Assembly (NCBI GenBank): GCA_964252035.1
Contig: OZ176204.1
Reading direction: 5' to 3' (one strand)
Length of the DNA stretch: 64,000 nucleotides
Source of the DNA: Podarcis erhardii
Lineage: Eukaryota
A program made the position numbers and the translations under genes. Shown in pieces: positions 1 through 13,511 of the stretch. The notes beneath the pieces are model-generated. The model was not told where the DNA came from and ran no database searches. It saw only the letters and a list, made by a program, of their open reading frames with translations. Each line of letters begins with the position of its first letter. The stretch's first letter is position 1.

Positions 1-385
1 CATGGAAACAAAGGGGCAGTCCACTGAGCACAGGATGTGAGCTCAGTGTGTGTCATATGACCTGTACAGGATGTACATGGGTGGAGTTTGGAGTTTCTCT
101 CTGTTTGTTGAAGAGAGCAGACATCTTTTACTGTATGACTGCTAAAGACAGGAATAAAAGAATGTAGATACATTTCTGTCTGTGTCTGATTCCCCTCCCT
201 GGGGATATGCAGGGAGGAGGAGAAGCAGGAGATGCAGTGGTGTGTTTTTCTCACAGCCTGGGAAAAATCGCCGGAACGGACCTCGTGTGTTTATCCTGCC
301 GGGAGTCGCCGGAGGGAGGTCAAAGGAATTCAGCCGGTGCCTGGACAGATAGGCACACACCTCTGACCGAGGCAGAATTCCAACA
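1..385 (+). mobile_element. Possible 3' part of an LTR, truncated by the window edge
   Basis: AATAAA at 153-158, a CpG-containing U5-like tract, and an end in ...ttccaaca. The 5' end and TSD are not visible. Confidence 0.35.
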
Positions 386-410
386 CCCTATACCCCGGGG
401 GGGGGGGTAA

Positions 411-695
411 TGTTTCAGGGCGGTTCACAGAATTAAACCAAGATGTAAAACCACAAAATACCTAATAAAAATAAAAACAACAACCCAATAGCCTCCCCAA
501 AAAAACACATTTTAAAAGGGCACAGGATATAAATCAGATCAATCAAAGGCCTGGTTAAAAAGGAACTTTTTGCCTAGCACCTAAAGGTATATAATGAAGG
601 TGCCAGGCGAACTTTCCAGAGGAGAGCATTCCACAGATGGGGAGCCACTGCAGAGAAGGCCCGTTCTCGTGTTGCCACCCTCTGGACCTCTCAAT
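411..695 (-). mobile_element. L2 LINE 3' fragment
   Basis: Clearly similar to 26125-26570 (agagcattccacagatggggagccactgcagagaaggccc) and to the reverse complement of the L2-type 3' end at 63831-63984. Confidence 0.7.
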
Positions 696-719
696 AGGAA
701 CATGTGAAGCTGTCATATA

Positions 720-1075
720 CAGTGGTGCCTCGCAAGACGAAAAGAATCCGTTCCGCGATTCTCTTCGTATAGCGGTTTTTTCGACTTGCGAAGCAAGCCC
801 ATTGACAGCTTAGTGGATTAGCGCTATTAGCGGTCTAGCGGCTTTTAGCAATCAGCTGAGAAGCGGCTTATCAGCGGATCAGCTGATAAGCGGCTTAGCA
901 GCTTAGGAAAAGGGTGGAAAAAGCGGGAAAAAACCGCGGGAACTCGCAAGATTTTTTCGTCTTGCGAAGCAACCCCATAGAGAAATTTGTTTAGCGAAGC
1001 GCCTCCAAAACGGAAAGCCCTTTCGTCTAGCGGGTTTTCCGTCTTGCGAGGCGTTCGTCTTGCGGGGCACCACTG
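720..1075. mobile_element. Tc1/mariner-pogo (Tigger-like) MITE
   Basis: Terminal inverted repeats (TIRs) cagtggtgcctcgcaagacgaa ... ttcgtcttgcggggcaccactg, flanked by TA at 718-719 and 1076-1077. CpG-rich, with short internal tagcgg-type repeats. Confidence 0.88.
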
Positions 1076-3760
1076 TACTGAGTCAGAGCATTGGTCCAAG
1101 AAATTCAGAGTTTGCACCTGAAACCTTTTGCATGTTCTACCACTGAGCTCAAGCCACCATTTCCCCTATTAGACCTCACTGGAAACCATCTATGGCTTTT
1201 TAAACCGGGGAACACTGTTTTCACTTGTTATTATGGGATGTATTTCTGTGATTTTAGATTGCAAACTGTCCTGTGATCTTTGGATGAAGGTTGGCATAGA
1301 AATTTAATAAAGAATAATCCTCAAGGAATCTGTATAATCTCCTTCTAACACCACCTAACCTGATGGCCATCACATCCATGGGTAAACTATGTGAGGAGTG
1401 AATAAATCCTTCTTTTTGTCTGTCCTGAACTCCCCGTAATTCAGCTATGAAATCAAAAGTTAGTCCTTTTTAGGACTCAGGAAACAAGTATTGACTACTA
1501 TCTAAGAGAGCTTTGCTGGGAGGTGGTCGGGCAAGAAGAGCTTGTTTCTGGGCTGATGAAGCTTGAATAATCAAAACCTTGCCATAACGTGCCATTGCGC
1601 ATTATCCTTTTTAACAACTCTTTTGAAGGATGTACAATGCTAAGATGATGGATGAAAGAGGGAAGAAATGCTTATTTCCCCCTTCTGCTGATTCCTGCTA
1701 AAAAGGCCACCTTCTTTTACCCCTGCTGGGAAGAAGACACAGGCACCCATATCTTTTCAGCAGTGACAGTCAAAAGAGATGGAAGGGGAGGATATTTTAA
1801 GCAAAAAAACAGTGTGTGTGTGGGGGGGGGAGAGCTTAGAAGCCCCTCTGCATGCAACTCCCAGGCCTTCCTTTTAAATTTTAATTTCTCCGGTGCTCAA
1901 CAGCACACAAAAATGAAAAGATTTGCAGAAGAATTCAAAATGTGCAGTTCCACCCTGAGAGCAGGTCCTCTTGGAAACACTGAACTCCCTCTAACAGCTG
2001 CACATTACAGGGCAATTGCGGTAATAATTGACAAACTGTCTTCCAGGGAAGTTTGTCCGCTATTTCTGCTCTCATTGAGAAACCCTTGATAAGCCTCCAA
2101 GGAACCCTAGGAGCACACTTGGAAGAACACTGCCTGAGTGAAATGTGCAACCATTCACCCCCTCCCCAAAGCATCGAAGTTTGAAGCTGGCTCTTTTTAA
2201 AGGCACCTGTCAATGCTTCTGGAAGAGGTTAAGTACTGTGATTATCTCTCTCCGACTTCCCCGTGCCAGCAATAACACAACACCAGCTCCAGCGCAATGT
2301 CTGAAGAGGGAGGGGGGCAGCAGAACACTCCAAATATCACCCCAGCATTACAGGAAAAAGCATGCAGGCATTAGAAAACAGGCCTCCAAAAATAGATCAA
2401 TTGGTTTCAAGTATCAAAAATGTTTTCTTTTATGCCAGATGTGTATCTGAATTATTTGCAAACAGACAAAGCCTTTTCTCTTCTAGGAAGGTTCCTCAAG
2501 CTGCTGAGCTGCTAAGACCTTTTCATTTAATCAAACTCATCAGGGTTTGGGGGTTTTTTTTAATATTGAAATGCTATATCTTGCTCTTGGTTTTAATATA
2601 TGGAATTTGTTTTTTGTAGTCTGAACTATTTTTATTGCAACCTGAATTCTCTCTTTGCATTTTATGATTTGCCTGTAAGTTGCTTTGAGAATTATTTATA
2701 GAGAAAAGTGAGGTATGATTCCCCACCCCAGCTCCCCAAAATAAATGTCATGTACAGCTCACAGCCCAGCACAGGAAATATTCAGAGAAACTTTCACCAT
2801 CCATTTAACTATTTGTGATAAGTAGTGCAAAGGTCTTGCTGCACCCCAAATGTATGCAAATCTCAGTGCAATATGTTTCTTTAAAAACTGATCACCTTTC
2901 AAATGTTATGGCTGATAAAAAAGGCAAAATGCTAGGTGGGCATATGAGGAGAGACCATAGCTTAGCAGTAGTACACAAATTCTACATGCAGAAGTTCCTG
3001 GAATCTGCAGTTCAAAGAATCAGGCAGAAAGTGATAGGAAAAGCACCTGCCCAACACAATATTGAGCTAGATGAACACATTTCCTAAGTTTTTAAAAATG
3101 CAAGCATGAAGGTAACATATCTTCCCAGTGTTTATGTTCAGCAGTAGACGAGCAAAAGTTCCCAAAAGAGATTGCCATTTAATACGATGCGAAGAGAATC
3201 ACAAATAAGATGCAAACAGAATCACAAATAACCATTTTGAACCAAGCATGAACATAGGTGCTTATAATAATACAAAGGGAGGTGGGATTCAACAAATATT
3301 CTCAAAGACAAAAAGTTTCAGGCAAAATACAAGTGCCGAAAGAAGCCCAACCACAGGCAGATCGCACAGCTGTTAAATTGCGATCAGCAACACTTGAGCA
3401 GCTTGCTCATCCAAAGCAATTTCCTTGTGGGCTAGTAACAACATCACAACTGGCAACACAACTGGCTCAAAGGAGAGATGAGACTGAAGGGGAGGGGAGA
3501 GAAAGAGAATTATGCATTATCGCAGAGCCCAGGTGGCAAAGCTGACAGAAAAATAGCTCTAAAGACCTGAGGATATCCATGCCCGGATGCAGTGCTTTTT
3601 TTCTGTGGATACTTAGGGCTACACGGAACAAGCACCTTCCCCCCCCCAAAAAAAAAATGTTAAAATTGTGGCACTTACTGTAACAACTTCATGGTGAGTA
3701 CTTGCACCTGGGAACAAGCAACCTACACTATGCCACTATGTGGCAGTACCCTCACATATA

Positions 3761-3960
3761 CAGTGGTACCTTGGGTTACAGACGCTTCAGGTTACAGACT
3801 CTGCTAACCCAGAAATAGTACCTCATGTTAAGAACTTTACTTCAGGATGAGAACAGAAATCACGTGGTGGCGGCACAGGAGGCCCCATTAGTTAACGTGG
3901 CACCTCAGGTTAAGAACGGACCTCCGGAACGAATTAAGTTCTTAACCTGAGGTACCACTG
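3761..3960. mobile_element. Tigger-like MITE, family A copy 1
   Basis: Ends cagtggtacc ... ggtaccactg with TA on both sides; homologous to 7917-8114 and 27651-27876. Confidence 0.9.
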
Positions 3961-3994
3961 TACCATTTCTACCATTTAAAATTAGCCACAGTTC

Positions 3995-4255
3995 CAGGGC
4001 TAGATTAAGACCTTTAGAGGTCCTAAGCACTTACTGGGTGCCCCCATATATATCTTATTCAAAACATAAACAATAAGAAACTGTAAAAGCATTATTTTTT
4101 GAAATGAAATGAAACCTACAGTACAATGGGAAATGTTTATTTTTGCATACTACCACTTTATTACTATTTGGATTTCCCCCCCTCCTTTTTCTAATTTCTG
4201 TGATGCCCCCCTTCCATCCCCATGCTTATTTTGCTTAATGGTTAATCCAGTCCTG
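3995..4255. mobile_element. hAT-type non-autonomous element
   Basis: Imperfect TIRs cagggctagattaa / ttaatccagtcctg; perfect 8-bp TSD cacagttc at 3987-3994 and 4256-4263. Confidence 0.8.
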
Positions 4256-5812
4256 CACAGTTCCACGTCTCCAGAAGGTGGCAGGAGCTCAGCCATACAG
4301 CCTTGATGAGGGAGCCTGTTGTGGAGGTGCCTGGTTGCACCGCTCTCAGAATTTGGCGCCTGGGGCCACTGCCCCTCTGGCCTTGCCATGCTACACCACC
4401 GCTGCCACAAATTCCACTGCATGGCACTGCAATGAAAAAATCCCACAACAGGATTGCAAATAGATTTCCCCCGCTGGAAATAATTAACATGGAAATGAGC
4501 ACCAAACTACGAAAGATCACATAAATTGCAAAAATTCACAGGTAAGGAAATGTCAGGAAGACAGAATGAAGTACCATCTGAATGCAACCCTTAACTATCT
4601 TGGCAGGTACTCAGATTCCTGTACTCAAATTCAGTAAAGCAGATCGAGAAGCTCTGCACATTTACTCACAATCTGAAAGTCAGTTTCCCACACAGAGATG
4701 AGTCTCTGAGGTGATCCCCCTTCTCTTTGCTCCAGGTATGGAGGGTCCTTGGCAAAGCGCCCTTGGGTTGGACTTCCTTCTCCATTGGTGGGCCTTGATG
4801 AACTTCCTGTCAGTGGTGGGTGGAAGCAGCAGAGTGCTGGGCAGCTGCGAGCCACCATTTAAATTTCCCACAATTCCCTGGAACACATTGCATCAGGAGC
4901 ATTTTGCACGAATGAAAATGGTGTCTCCCAGACTCAGCTGTTGAGGGTTTTTACTTTAAGGGACACCCAGGGAAGGCATCAGTTGAGGGCCCTGGCAGCT
5001 GCCTGAAGAGAACCAGCACACTGATGTGGAGCCTATTTGCACATCAAGAAAACAGTATTTCTGCATGAAAAACAGTCATTTCAGACTGTGAACACCATGC
5101 ATATCACACCCTTACACATACAACTCCCAGTGGCTTGGCAACTACACTTGTGGATTAAGAATGTAACATGGGTGAGCAGGAGGAATCACTGCCAGGGTTT
5201 ACATGCCCTTGTAGCATACAGCTGACTGAGCCCCAGATAGCTGAATAATCCACAGAAGCTGCTAGGTGGCATTGCACTACAGCAAAGGAAAGGCTCAGCA
5301 GGCTGCTGTTCTCCCCATATCCTCTACAGAGTGATGATTAAAGAACAAACCTCTTCTTTTGTTCTTTCATCCTTTGCAGGGTTTATTTGGAATTAAACAT
5401 CTTGTTGGCATTGGCTCTGTTTCCTTCAATTCATTGCTGTTTCATTCAATTCACCAATGCCGGTCACCAGGGTAGCTTTCTCATTTCATTGAGCTGAGAT
5501 AAGTCTACTGCTGTTGTTTGGGTTGTGCAGGCATAAAATGTAACTGTAGTCAGGTTTTTAATAAGGATCTGGGTGCCCTTTCAACAGCTAAAGCCGTTCC
5601 TTGGCTTCAATTAGCTAATGAGGCTTTTGCCGTCATGAATCAGCTTCTGAGTTACAGCAGGCAACTGGCAGAAATAGCAAAGGTGGGTTGTACCTGCCCA
5701 CATTCATCCTGAAAAAGGGCCATTGAGGGAAAAATGGGATGCAGTGCAGGGAAATTGTTCTTAGGATCTATTGTGGGGAGCTGGAATTCAGAGTACAGGG
5801 GAAAGACCTATA

Positions 5813-6066
5813 CAGTAGTACCTCTGGATACGAACGGGATCCGTTCTGGAGCCCCGTTTGCATCCTGAAGTAAACGTAAGACGTGACTGCGCGTCTGCAC
5901 GTGCTTGGGTTGCGTTTCGACGCTTCTGCACATAACGTCATTTTGAGCGTCTGCACATGTGAGAGCGGCGAAACCCGGAAGTAACACGCTCTGTTACTTT
6001 TGGGTCACCGCAGAGCACAACCCCAAAATACTTAACTTGAAGCTACTTCAACCTGAGGTATGACTG
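5813..6066. mobile_element. Tigger-like MITE, second family
   Basis: Imperfect TIRs cagtagtacctc / gaggtatgactg, TA on the left side, CpG-rich interior. Confidence 0.65.
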
Positions 6067-6193
6067 TGTCTGTTATTAAATCACATGGCAAACACACTTG
6101 AATTTCTCCCCATTCATTTCACCATTTATAACTTGATATTTTGCTCCATGTAGCAGGAACCCTTAAACCTGACTGATGTTCTGTGCTGTTATA

Positions 6194-6282
6194 CATAGCT
6201 GTCAACTTTTCCCTTTTCTTGAGAGGAATCCTATTCGGAATAAGGGAATTTCCCTTAAAAAGGGGAAACGTTGACAGCTATG
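6194..6282. mobile_element. hAT MITE with CATAGCTGTCA TIR
   Basis: catagctgtcaac ... gttgacagctatg; TSD ctgttata / ctgatata (7 of 8). Same termini as 52729-52917. Confidence 0.82.
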
Positions 6283-7916
6283 CTGATATATGTGACAAAA
6301 ACCCAGCCCTAGAGCAGTCATCCCCTTCTTATATTTGCTTTGGATGGTACAGATGGGTTTTTGCACAAGCATAAATGTTTGCATGGTGCCAGAAACAGAC
6401 TACCTCACAGCACAATAATTTATTAGATTTACATCCTGCCTTCCAATGTGACATATGGAGTAAACATTTTCCTGCACAAAAAGAACTCATGATGCAGATT
6501 TAAGTGCCAAGACAGTTTTCTTTTTGAAACCCCAAAAAAGTCTGGGACAAAACAATATCCCAATCAATGTATCCATTTTTTGTCACTGCGGTGCTTTTCG
6601 TCCCAGTCAATGTTAACGTATTCCATTAGGTATTATATTTTATTTCTTTAAAGGGGGGAATTTTCTGCATTTGTGTGCCTTCTTTGGAAGATATTCGCTA
6701 GCTGTGCAAATTTTGCTTTTCAGATGACCAATAACTATTTGTAAGAGAGGAAGACTATAGGATGCATTTTAAAATTGCTTCAGCCCAGCAAGATTGTGCT
6801 TGGTTTTTAATGTGCTGTTTACTTTGAAAACATTTTGATGACCGTGGCAAACTAGAAACATTCAAAATACATTCCATGTTTCTCTCCCCCCCCCCCTTAC
6901 AATCCACTGTGTCTTGGTTTCTGAGGTAATGTATGCTGTAGGCTCAAGGAAACCACAATAATTCCTACAGCTGTGCTCCTCCCTTTGATTTTGACATCAA
7001 ACTTAATCAGCTCTTAAAAAAATAAAATCTCACAAACCCAAGCTATTGTTTTCATGTTATTCAAAAGTAGTTTTAAGATGATTCAGCTCCTAAGCATTCA
7101 CATACCCTTCCCACGTAAAGTATGGGCCATGCAAAAGCAATTGGGCATCTCTATTGTGCTGTCATCAAAGTTCATTCAAAAATATTTGCCAGTGTCTGTA
7201 TTGCACTGACTGATTGGACCTGGGAAGCTATGCTCCCCCTAAGTGCCTCTTCCTAGCACATCTGGAGGTCATATACAACAGAGAAAAACTCAGAAGAGGG
7301 AACCCAACAATGCACTGAACACGGGTTGAGTTTATGGTGAAAATAAGATTTAAATCAAAGCCTACTCTAAGCCACAACACTACATTAAGCTCTCCTGCTT
7401 AAGGTAACAAGATCTAAACATTTAGAGTGGAAAAGGTTGAAATACAAACGTTCCTTCCCATAAACTCTGTATTTTTCTTTTAAATTATTACTATTATTAT
7501 GGCTTCAAAACCAGTCTCCCAGCTGCTTCTTTCACAGTAGCAGCTGCCACTCCTGATTTAATACAAAATTCTAATTCAATACACGAATTTGTTCTGCAAA
7601 ACTTAAACCACCCTATTTAATGACTGACATATTTTTATTATTTATAAATATTCTATCGTAATATTTAATGTCATGTTTATGTGGTGCATTATTTATAAAG
7701 TCTACATTTGTTTTTCCTAAAGAGCTAAGTATCAATTAGTGGATGCCATAAATAAATATTACTCTCCTTGCAGACAACTTCTTGAAATGCAAGAAGGGGT
7801 AGGGAAATTAAAACCAGGACCCTTGCCAGTGTGCATGCTTGAGGAATCTCAGGGCTGAGTTCACAAGCAACTCATCCAACTGGATTAACATGGATGATCT
7901 ACTTTCTGATTCACTA

Positions 7917-8114
7917 CAGTGGTACCTTGGGTTACAAACGCTTCAGGTTACAGACTCCGCTAACCCAGAAATAGTACCTCAGGTTAAGAACTTTGCTTCA
8001 GGGTGAGAACAGCGGGAGGCCCCATTAGCTAAAGTGGTACCTCAGGTTAAGAACAGTTTCAGGTTAAGAACGGACCTCTAGAACAAATTAAGTTCTTAAC
8101 CAGAGGTACCACTG
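7917..8114. mobile_element. Tigger-like MITE, family A copy 2
   Basis: ta|cagtggtacc ... ggtaccactg|ta; homologous to 3761-3960. Confidence 0.9.
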
Positions 8115-10206
8115 TATTGGATTCAGAATTACATCTACCAAATGCTACCAAGCCCTCCACAGAGAATGCAGAAAACTGATGTTTTTTTAAGGGAGCAAAG
8201 GTTCCTCACATTGCAAGCTTTGATTAAGCACTCACTGTGCAGAACATGTTCTAAAAGATGCCAAATCCCTCTAGTTCTCAGGTTAGGGCCCCAATCCAGA
8301 TCAGTAGCTCAGTGCTGCTAATTTATGAAAATAAGACCCTGCACTCAAATGCAGTACTACATAGCTAAGGTCACGCATAGCTTGGCCCAGACTGGACATT
8401 ATTGGAGGAAGAATGGTGGACTAGATACCCCTTGGGTCAGATTCAATCTATATGGGCTCTTTATACAGTCCTATCCCCCTCATTTTTTTTCAGTGTTGGC
8501 TTTGCCTGAAACATGCTGAGTATATAGTTTTCAGTGCTTTTTCACTAGGTGTCACTTTAGTGCTACTTGGATAGCTGACAGCACTAAAGCAGCGGTATTT
8601 GAAAACCTTGAACCCTAAAAGCAACTCTTCACAGATCCTCTAGCAGCATTCCCTCCAGATGTTTCACAGGAGATAATGGGCTTATCCAGGATAATTTAGA
8701 GCACAATCGTGTAATTTATAGTACAATCCTGTTATCTAGTCAGCATCTTTACAGCAGAGGTGAGAAACCCCAAGTCTGGGGGCCAATTGTGTCATCAAAC
8801 CCTTACTATCTGGCTCATGGGCAGCAGCATAGCGTTGTTTGCTGGTGCCCGGGGTGTTTGCCTGGCAGGGCAGGGTGTGGAGTGTGAACAGAACCCACTG
8901 TATTAGCTTAGCCCTTGCCACCCACGCTGCTGGGCAAATGCATACAGAGGGTTCATGGGGCCTGCTGTGCCGCCTGCCCACCCACCCATGCAGGAAAGAG
9001 CCTGGATGGCCACTGCAGCCCATGGCGGCTGAATCTCCTCAATGCTGGTTGGGTGGACATTCAGCAAGGGGGTCAGGGGCATGGCAACATGGTCAGGCCA
9101 GGCTCTGGGGTCCAGAGACCCCTGGCAGTAGGCAAGGTGGAACGTGGATCCCTGCTTTTGTACCCCCTCAAAATTGTGCACCTGGGGCTGTGCCCCTGGG
9201 CCCCCCACTACACCCCTCCTCGTAGGACTCTCCCCGTGCCATACCCCATCTCCCTAGGCTACAACTCACAAGCCCTGCTCTGCACCATCCTTGAGAGCTT
9301 TTGCTCAGACAGAACAGGTCCTTGGACTCTCCCTTGCCTGGAGAGAGGCATATGTTTTTGCATAAACCTCTGACTTTTGCATGGCTGGAAGGTAGCTTAC
9401 TGTACAAAAGATAAGAATCAATTGTGCCACCTTTAATCATTTGTTTTTAATCAAAATGCCTCAGCGAAATGCATCCCATCTCACTTTCCCCCAGCCAAAT
9501 CACTTTTCATGAAAGAGACTTTTCTCTTGGTGAGATGAAGCTTCCTGCTAAGGTGAAAAGAACAATAAACGAATCTGCAGCAAACAAGCCTGCAAAGAAT
9601 TCCTTAAGGATCTGTAAACAGAACACACAGCAAGAAAGCACACATAGAGAGTGCCAAGTACGAAGACTCAAAAGCTTTCCCCGCTGCGATGCCATCAGGG
9701 ACAGAGATGATCTTTGCAAAAGTTGTGAAGGTCGCATAGTGTTTGCTACATTTATGTGGCTTATTTTATTGTGTTGGTGCAGATTTGGAATCACACCAAG
9801 TCAAGAACAGATTCAGCATGAACTTTCAAGACACAGTAATCATCCAGGTTGTTTTGTCCTACCCAGTGCCAGTACAGACACAGCATGACCTCTCAACTAG
9901 GGATAAGGCATGGGGTATCATGCTTGCTCCTCCAGAAGAGCACCAAGCATCTGAGTGAGCAGCTGGTTGAGGCCCTGTCACTCAGCAGGGTCCATCTGCC
10001 CTAGGCTCTTGCTTTAAAAATAAATAAATCAGGGCTGACTCTACATTGGGGAAGTGCAGGTTGAATGTTGCTGACATTCAACCACCCAATTCTGTGTAGA
10101 TCACAGAACTGGGTTTTGTCCCAGTCCAGTAAGAAACAATCAGTATTAGGAAACAAATTCCCTCCATCGTGTCCACTCAGAGAGAGAACATCCCTCTCAC
10201 AGTTAC

Positions 10207-10332
10207 CTTTCTACAACATCCTCTCCATTCCAGCAAGTCGAACTGTCTTTCATCACAAGATCACCATCACAGAGTCTTTCAGTTAAAGAGGCATAGATTG
10301 TTCTGGATCGTTTCATGTAGTTGATGAATTCC
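10207..10332 (-). CDS. Glypican-5-like internal exon, equivalent to exon 5
   Basis: Acceptor ttcatttctag|G GAA TTC and donor GAA AG|gtaact; 126 bp, phase 2 to 2. Encodes EFINYMKRSRTIYASLTERLCDGDLVMKDSSTCWNGEDVVE, with the glypican LC and CWNG motifs. Absent from the ORF track because it is short. Confidence 0.93.
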
Positions 10333-11118
10333 CTAGAAATGAAAAACATAACATTTGCAATGCAACACCAACAGAAGCACATTTAACATTCTAGGCAACT
10401 TCGTAATCTTAATCCGATGTTCATTCTTAAACTTCTGCCCAGCTCTGTCTAACTATTCTACTGAGTTAGCAATACATGAGCAAACACATGTACTGAAATC
10501 CCAAAGGGTCATTCTTGTATGAATAGCATCTTGGTATGTGTGTAAAAGAGAGAAGTGGCAAAGCAGAGGAGAAGGTGATGCCTTCCCTTCCCTACCACTT
10601 TCCCCATTGAAAGGTTCCTGCTTCAAGTCAATTTCCTCAGTCACCAAGTTCCAAACCAAACCTTCCCCATTTTCAAGTGTGTCCTGGAGAACACAGAAAA
10701 GACCCAGGTGGTGGTTACAGCAAGGTTTTTGCCTTTGGAATGGATAATATTTCTGCTGAAGAGCCATCCAATGAAATTCTAAGAGTAGAGTCTAGTCTAG
10801 ATTTGTATAAGATACCACCTATCAAAAATTCAGGCATCCTAGTACTTCCTTCATTTAAATTATGGTGTCCCAAACTTGGATATCCAGCTGTTTTGGGATT
10901 ACATCTCCCACCATCCCTAGCTAGCAGGACCAGTGGTCAAGGATGACGGGGATTGTAGTCCAAAAACAGTTGGAGACCCAAGTTTGAGAAACCCTGATTT
11001 TAATTCTAACATCAAGGAGAGAAACAACTGAGTAACAGTTGCTGGAAACTTCAGGAAGAAAGAGTCCTCTTGGCCACTGTGAGAACAGGATGCTGGACTA
11101 AATGGGCCATTGACCTGG

Positions 11119-11545
11119 TGTCACAGAGCCAGCAGGGAAGGCTCCAGAGTTGGAGGAGGGGGAGAACAGGGAGCCAGTAGAAGAGGCAGGACTGAGAGAG
11201 GGGTGGAGTGGAAGGGGAGACCACTCAGGTGGAGGCAAGTCTCCCTGATGTTAGAGAACAGCAACACCCCTCTACCAGCTCAGGCACGGAGGGAGAAGGA
11301 ACACCAGTTCCGTCAGCCCAGGATAGGAGGGGGTTAAAACGCAGAGAACAACGCAGACATTTGGGATTGTCCAAGCTGCTTTGCTGGAGGAGGAGCAGGA
11401 AGTTCCCACTCCGGGGATCTGCTACGGACGATTCGGACGCTTGAAGCGATGCTCTGTACCTTGTAAATAGTGTACAATAAAAACTGTAAATACAACTCTG
11501 ATGGAGCAGGGGGGTTTATTGCAAAGGGCTCACCAAACCATCACA
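11119..11545 (+). mobile_element. Solo LTR (Gypsy-like)
   Basis: Starts TGTCAC and ends TCACA, with a perfect 5-bp TSD cctgg at 11114-11118 and 11546-11550. AATAAA near 11476. Interrupts a CR1-type 3' end (gctggactaaatgggccattgacctgg|tctaacag). Confidence 0.8.
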
Positions 11546-13070
11546 CCTGGTCTAACAGTTTTAAATATTATTATGTAACTATTTCCAGAACACAAAGTCC
11601 TAGGTATTTTCCAGACGCCTAGCCCTTACCATGAAGACAATAGCATTCTTAGCATACAGAGGATGACCCAGTCTCTGTGTGCCTCAATCTCACCATAGCT
11701 GCAAGAGGATTTCCATACCACTGACCTCATCCTGAGCCACTCTCTCTCCCTACAGGTCCAGGTGCAAGAACTACTGGACACATAAGAGGAGGAGTTGGAT
11801 CATGCACACAAGTGCAATTATTACATTTTCTCCAGATACAGATAAAAGGCCAATTCTAGCTTAGGAGTGGCAAGCAAAAGTGAGATTTTAGTAGTGAAAA
11901 GTCTGCATGTTAGGATAGGAATGTACAAACTCCCTTTTAATACTGAACACAAAATTGAAATGCATACTTTGTTTTGGAGAGTGATATATAAATTTTTAGT
12001 ATAGAAACAAAAAGGCTTGACTGAAAAATATGATTGAAACTTCCGAAGCTAAGACGTATTCAAATTTCATTGTCTATGTTACCCATTGTCTATAAAATAG
12101 AGCAAGGAGAACATTTTCTGGTATGTCTTTAAACAGTAGACACCTTATTTTAAAATGATATCTGAGCCAAAAGTTTCAGTATTTCCCCCCTCTTAATAAC
12201 ACGGTCCTTCTAGATGGTTGCATTTGAGTTAAGAAATTAATATTAGAGGCATTTTATGGTAATGCTGAACAAAACCTTGTACTCTTAAAACGAAAGCAAG
12301 AGCCTTGAGGTTTGGACAGCTCATTTAAAATGAAGAGACAAAAACATGTCAGCTTCTTTTCATTCTTACCGGGCCATTTTTTTCAAACTTCTGGATTTGT
12401 CATTCTTTGAAGCTTTCAGAGGCAGAGAACTGGAGTGGGCCAGGGAGAATAGTCAGAAGGCGGGGAGGAGGAGTGGGGAAGCAGGAATTCAGGCAAAGAA
12501 AGAAAAAGAAATGAGAAACAAAAAGTAATAAATTATTTGAAAGAAAAGATAATCAAGAACATGCACAGGATTAAACCAGAGAAGCACAAATGCAAATAAA
12601 AAAATATGCTCCAGCAAATAAAATATGCTTCAACCTATATATTAAAATATAATAATAAAGGCACAGTCCACCCACAGTTTAGTTCTGGGTAGATTGTGCT
12701 TGAGGATTTGAACTTTACTCTAAAACATGTTAAAAGAAATTTATTCTTTTTTTTTAAAATGGATACTATTACAAAATGAAGGTTCAAAATGCTGAAAATA
12801 AATCTCCTGAATTTATCTCCAAATGTCACATTAAGAAAAGTTATTGCATACATGTGAGAACAGAGCAGGACAAATGATTTGTAGATGAGAAGAAGCACAT
12901 GTGAAAGTGCTTGAGATGGAAAAGCATTCCTTCTCAGGGGAACAAAACACTTATTTCCACAGGGAAAAGAAACAAAGAAAAGATCATTGCCCCTTCAGGG
13001 ATATTGGAAGGGTAGGGTTAAGTGACTAAATAAATCCGTATCTGCTTGTTTTAGTTTACATCCTTTGCGA

Positions 13071-13258
13071 AGTGATGTAGCTCAGTGGAAGAGAACCTGC
13101 TTTGTATGCAAAAGGTCCCGGGTTCATTCCCAGGTGTACCCAGGTGAATTTCTGGAGAAAATATCTCTGTCTGAAACCTTGGAGAACCCCTACCCATCTC
13201 TGTAGACAATACTGAAGCAGATTGACCAATGTTTGTATATGTTCCTTATATTCCTATG
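13071..13258 (+). mobile_element. tRNA-derived SINE (degenerate)
   Basis: Head gatgtagctcagtgg (box A) ... ggttcattcc (box B-like); body tgtagacaatactga; ends ttcctatg. Confidence 0.65.
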
Positions 13259-13275
13259 AAATCCCTATAAAGGAG

Positions 13276-13511
13276 TTTAGATTCGATATCCCGCTTTATC
13301 ACTACCTTAAGGAGTCTCAAAGCGGCTAACATTCTCCTTTCCCTTCCTCCCTCACAACAAACACTCTGTGAGGTGAGTGGGGCTAAGAGACTTCAGAGAA
13401 GTGTGACTAGCCCAAGGTCACCCAGCAGCTGCATGTGGAGGAGCGGGGAAGCAAACCCAGTTCACCAGATTACGAATCTACCGCTCTTAACCACTACACC
13501 ACACTGGCTCT
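13276..13511 (-). mobile_element. CORE-type SINE (MIR/Squam3-like)
   Basis: Minus strand reads agagccagtgtggtgtagtggttaagagc (tRNA head) then gctgggtgaccttgggctagtcac (CORE-like domain). Confidence 0.8.

Noticed and set aside
1551-1580. Hammerhead-like CTGATGAAGC
   Set aside because: There is no GAAA after a pairing stem II.
1652-2089. Plus-strand ORF containing IIDKL, a motif also found in glypican exon 6
   Set aside because: It is on the wrong strand, lacks the rest of the exon-6 motif (NPEV) and has no fitting splice sites. Exon 6 was not found and probably lies below coordinate 1.
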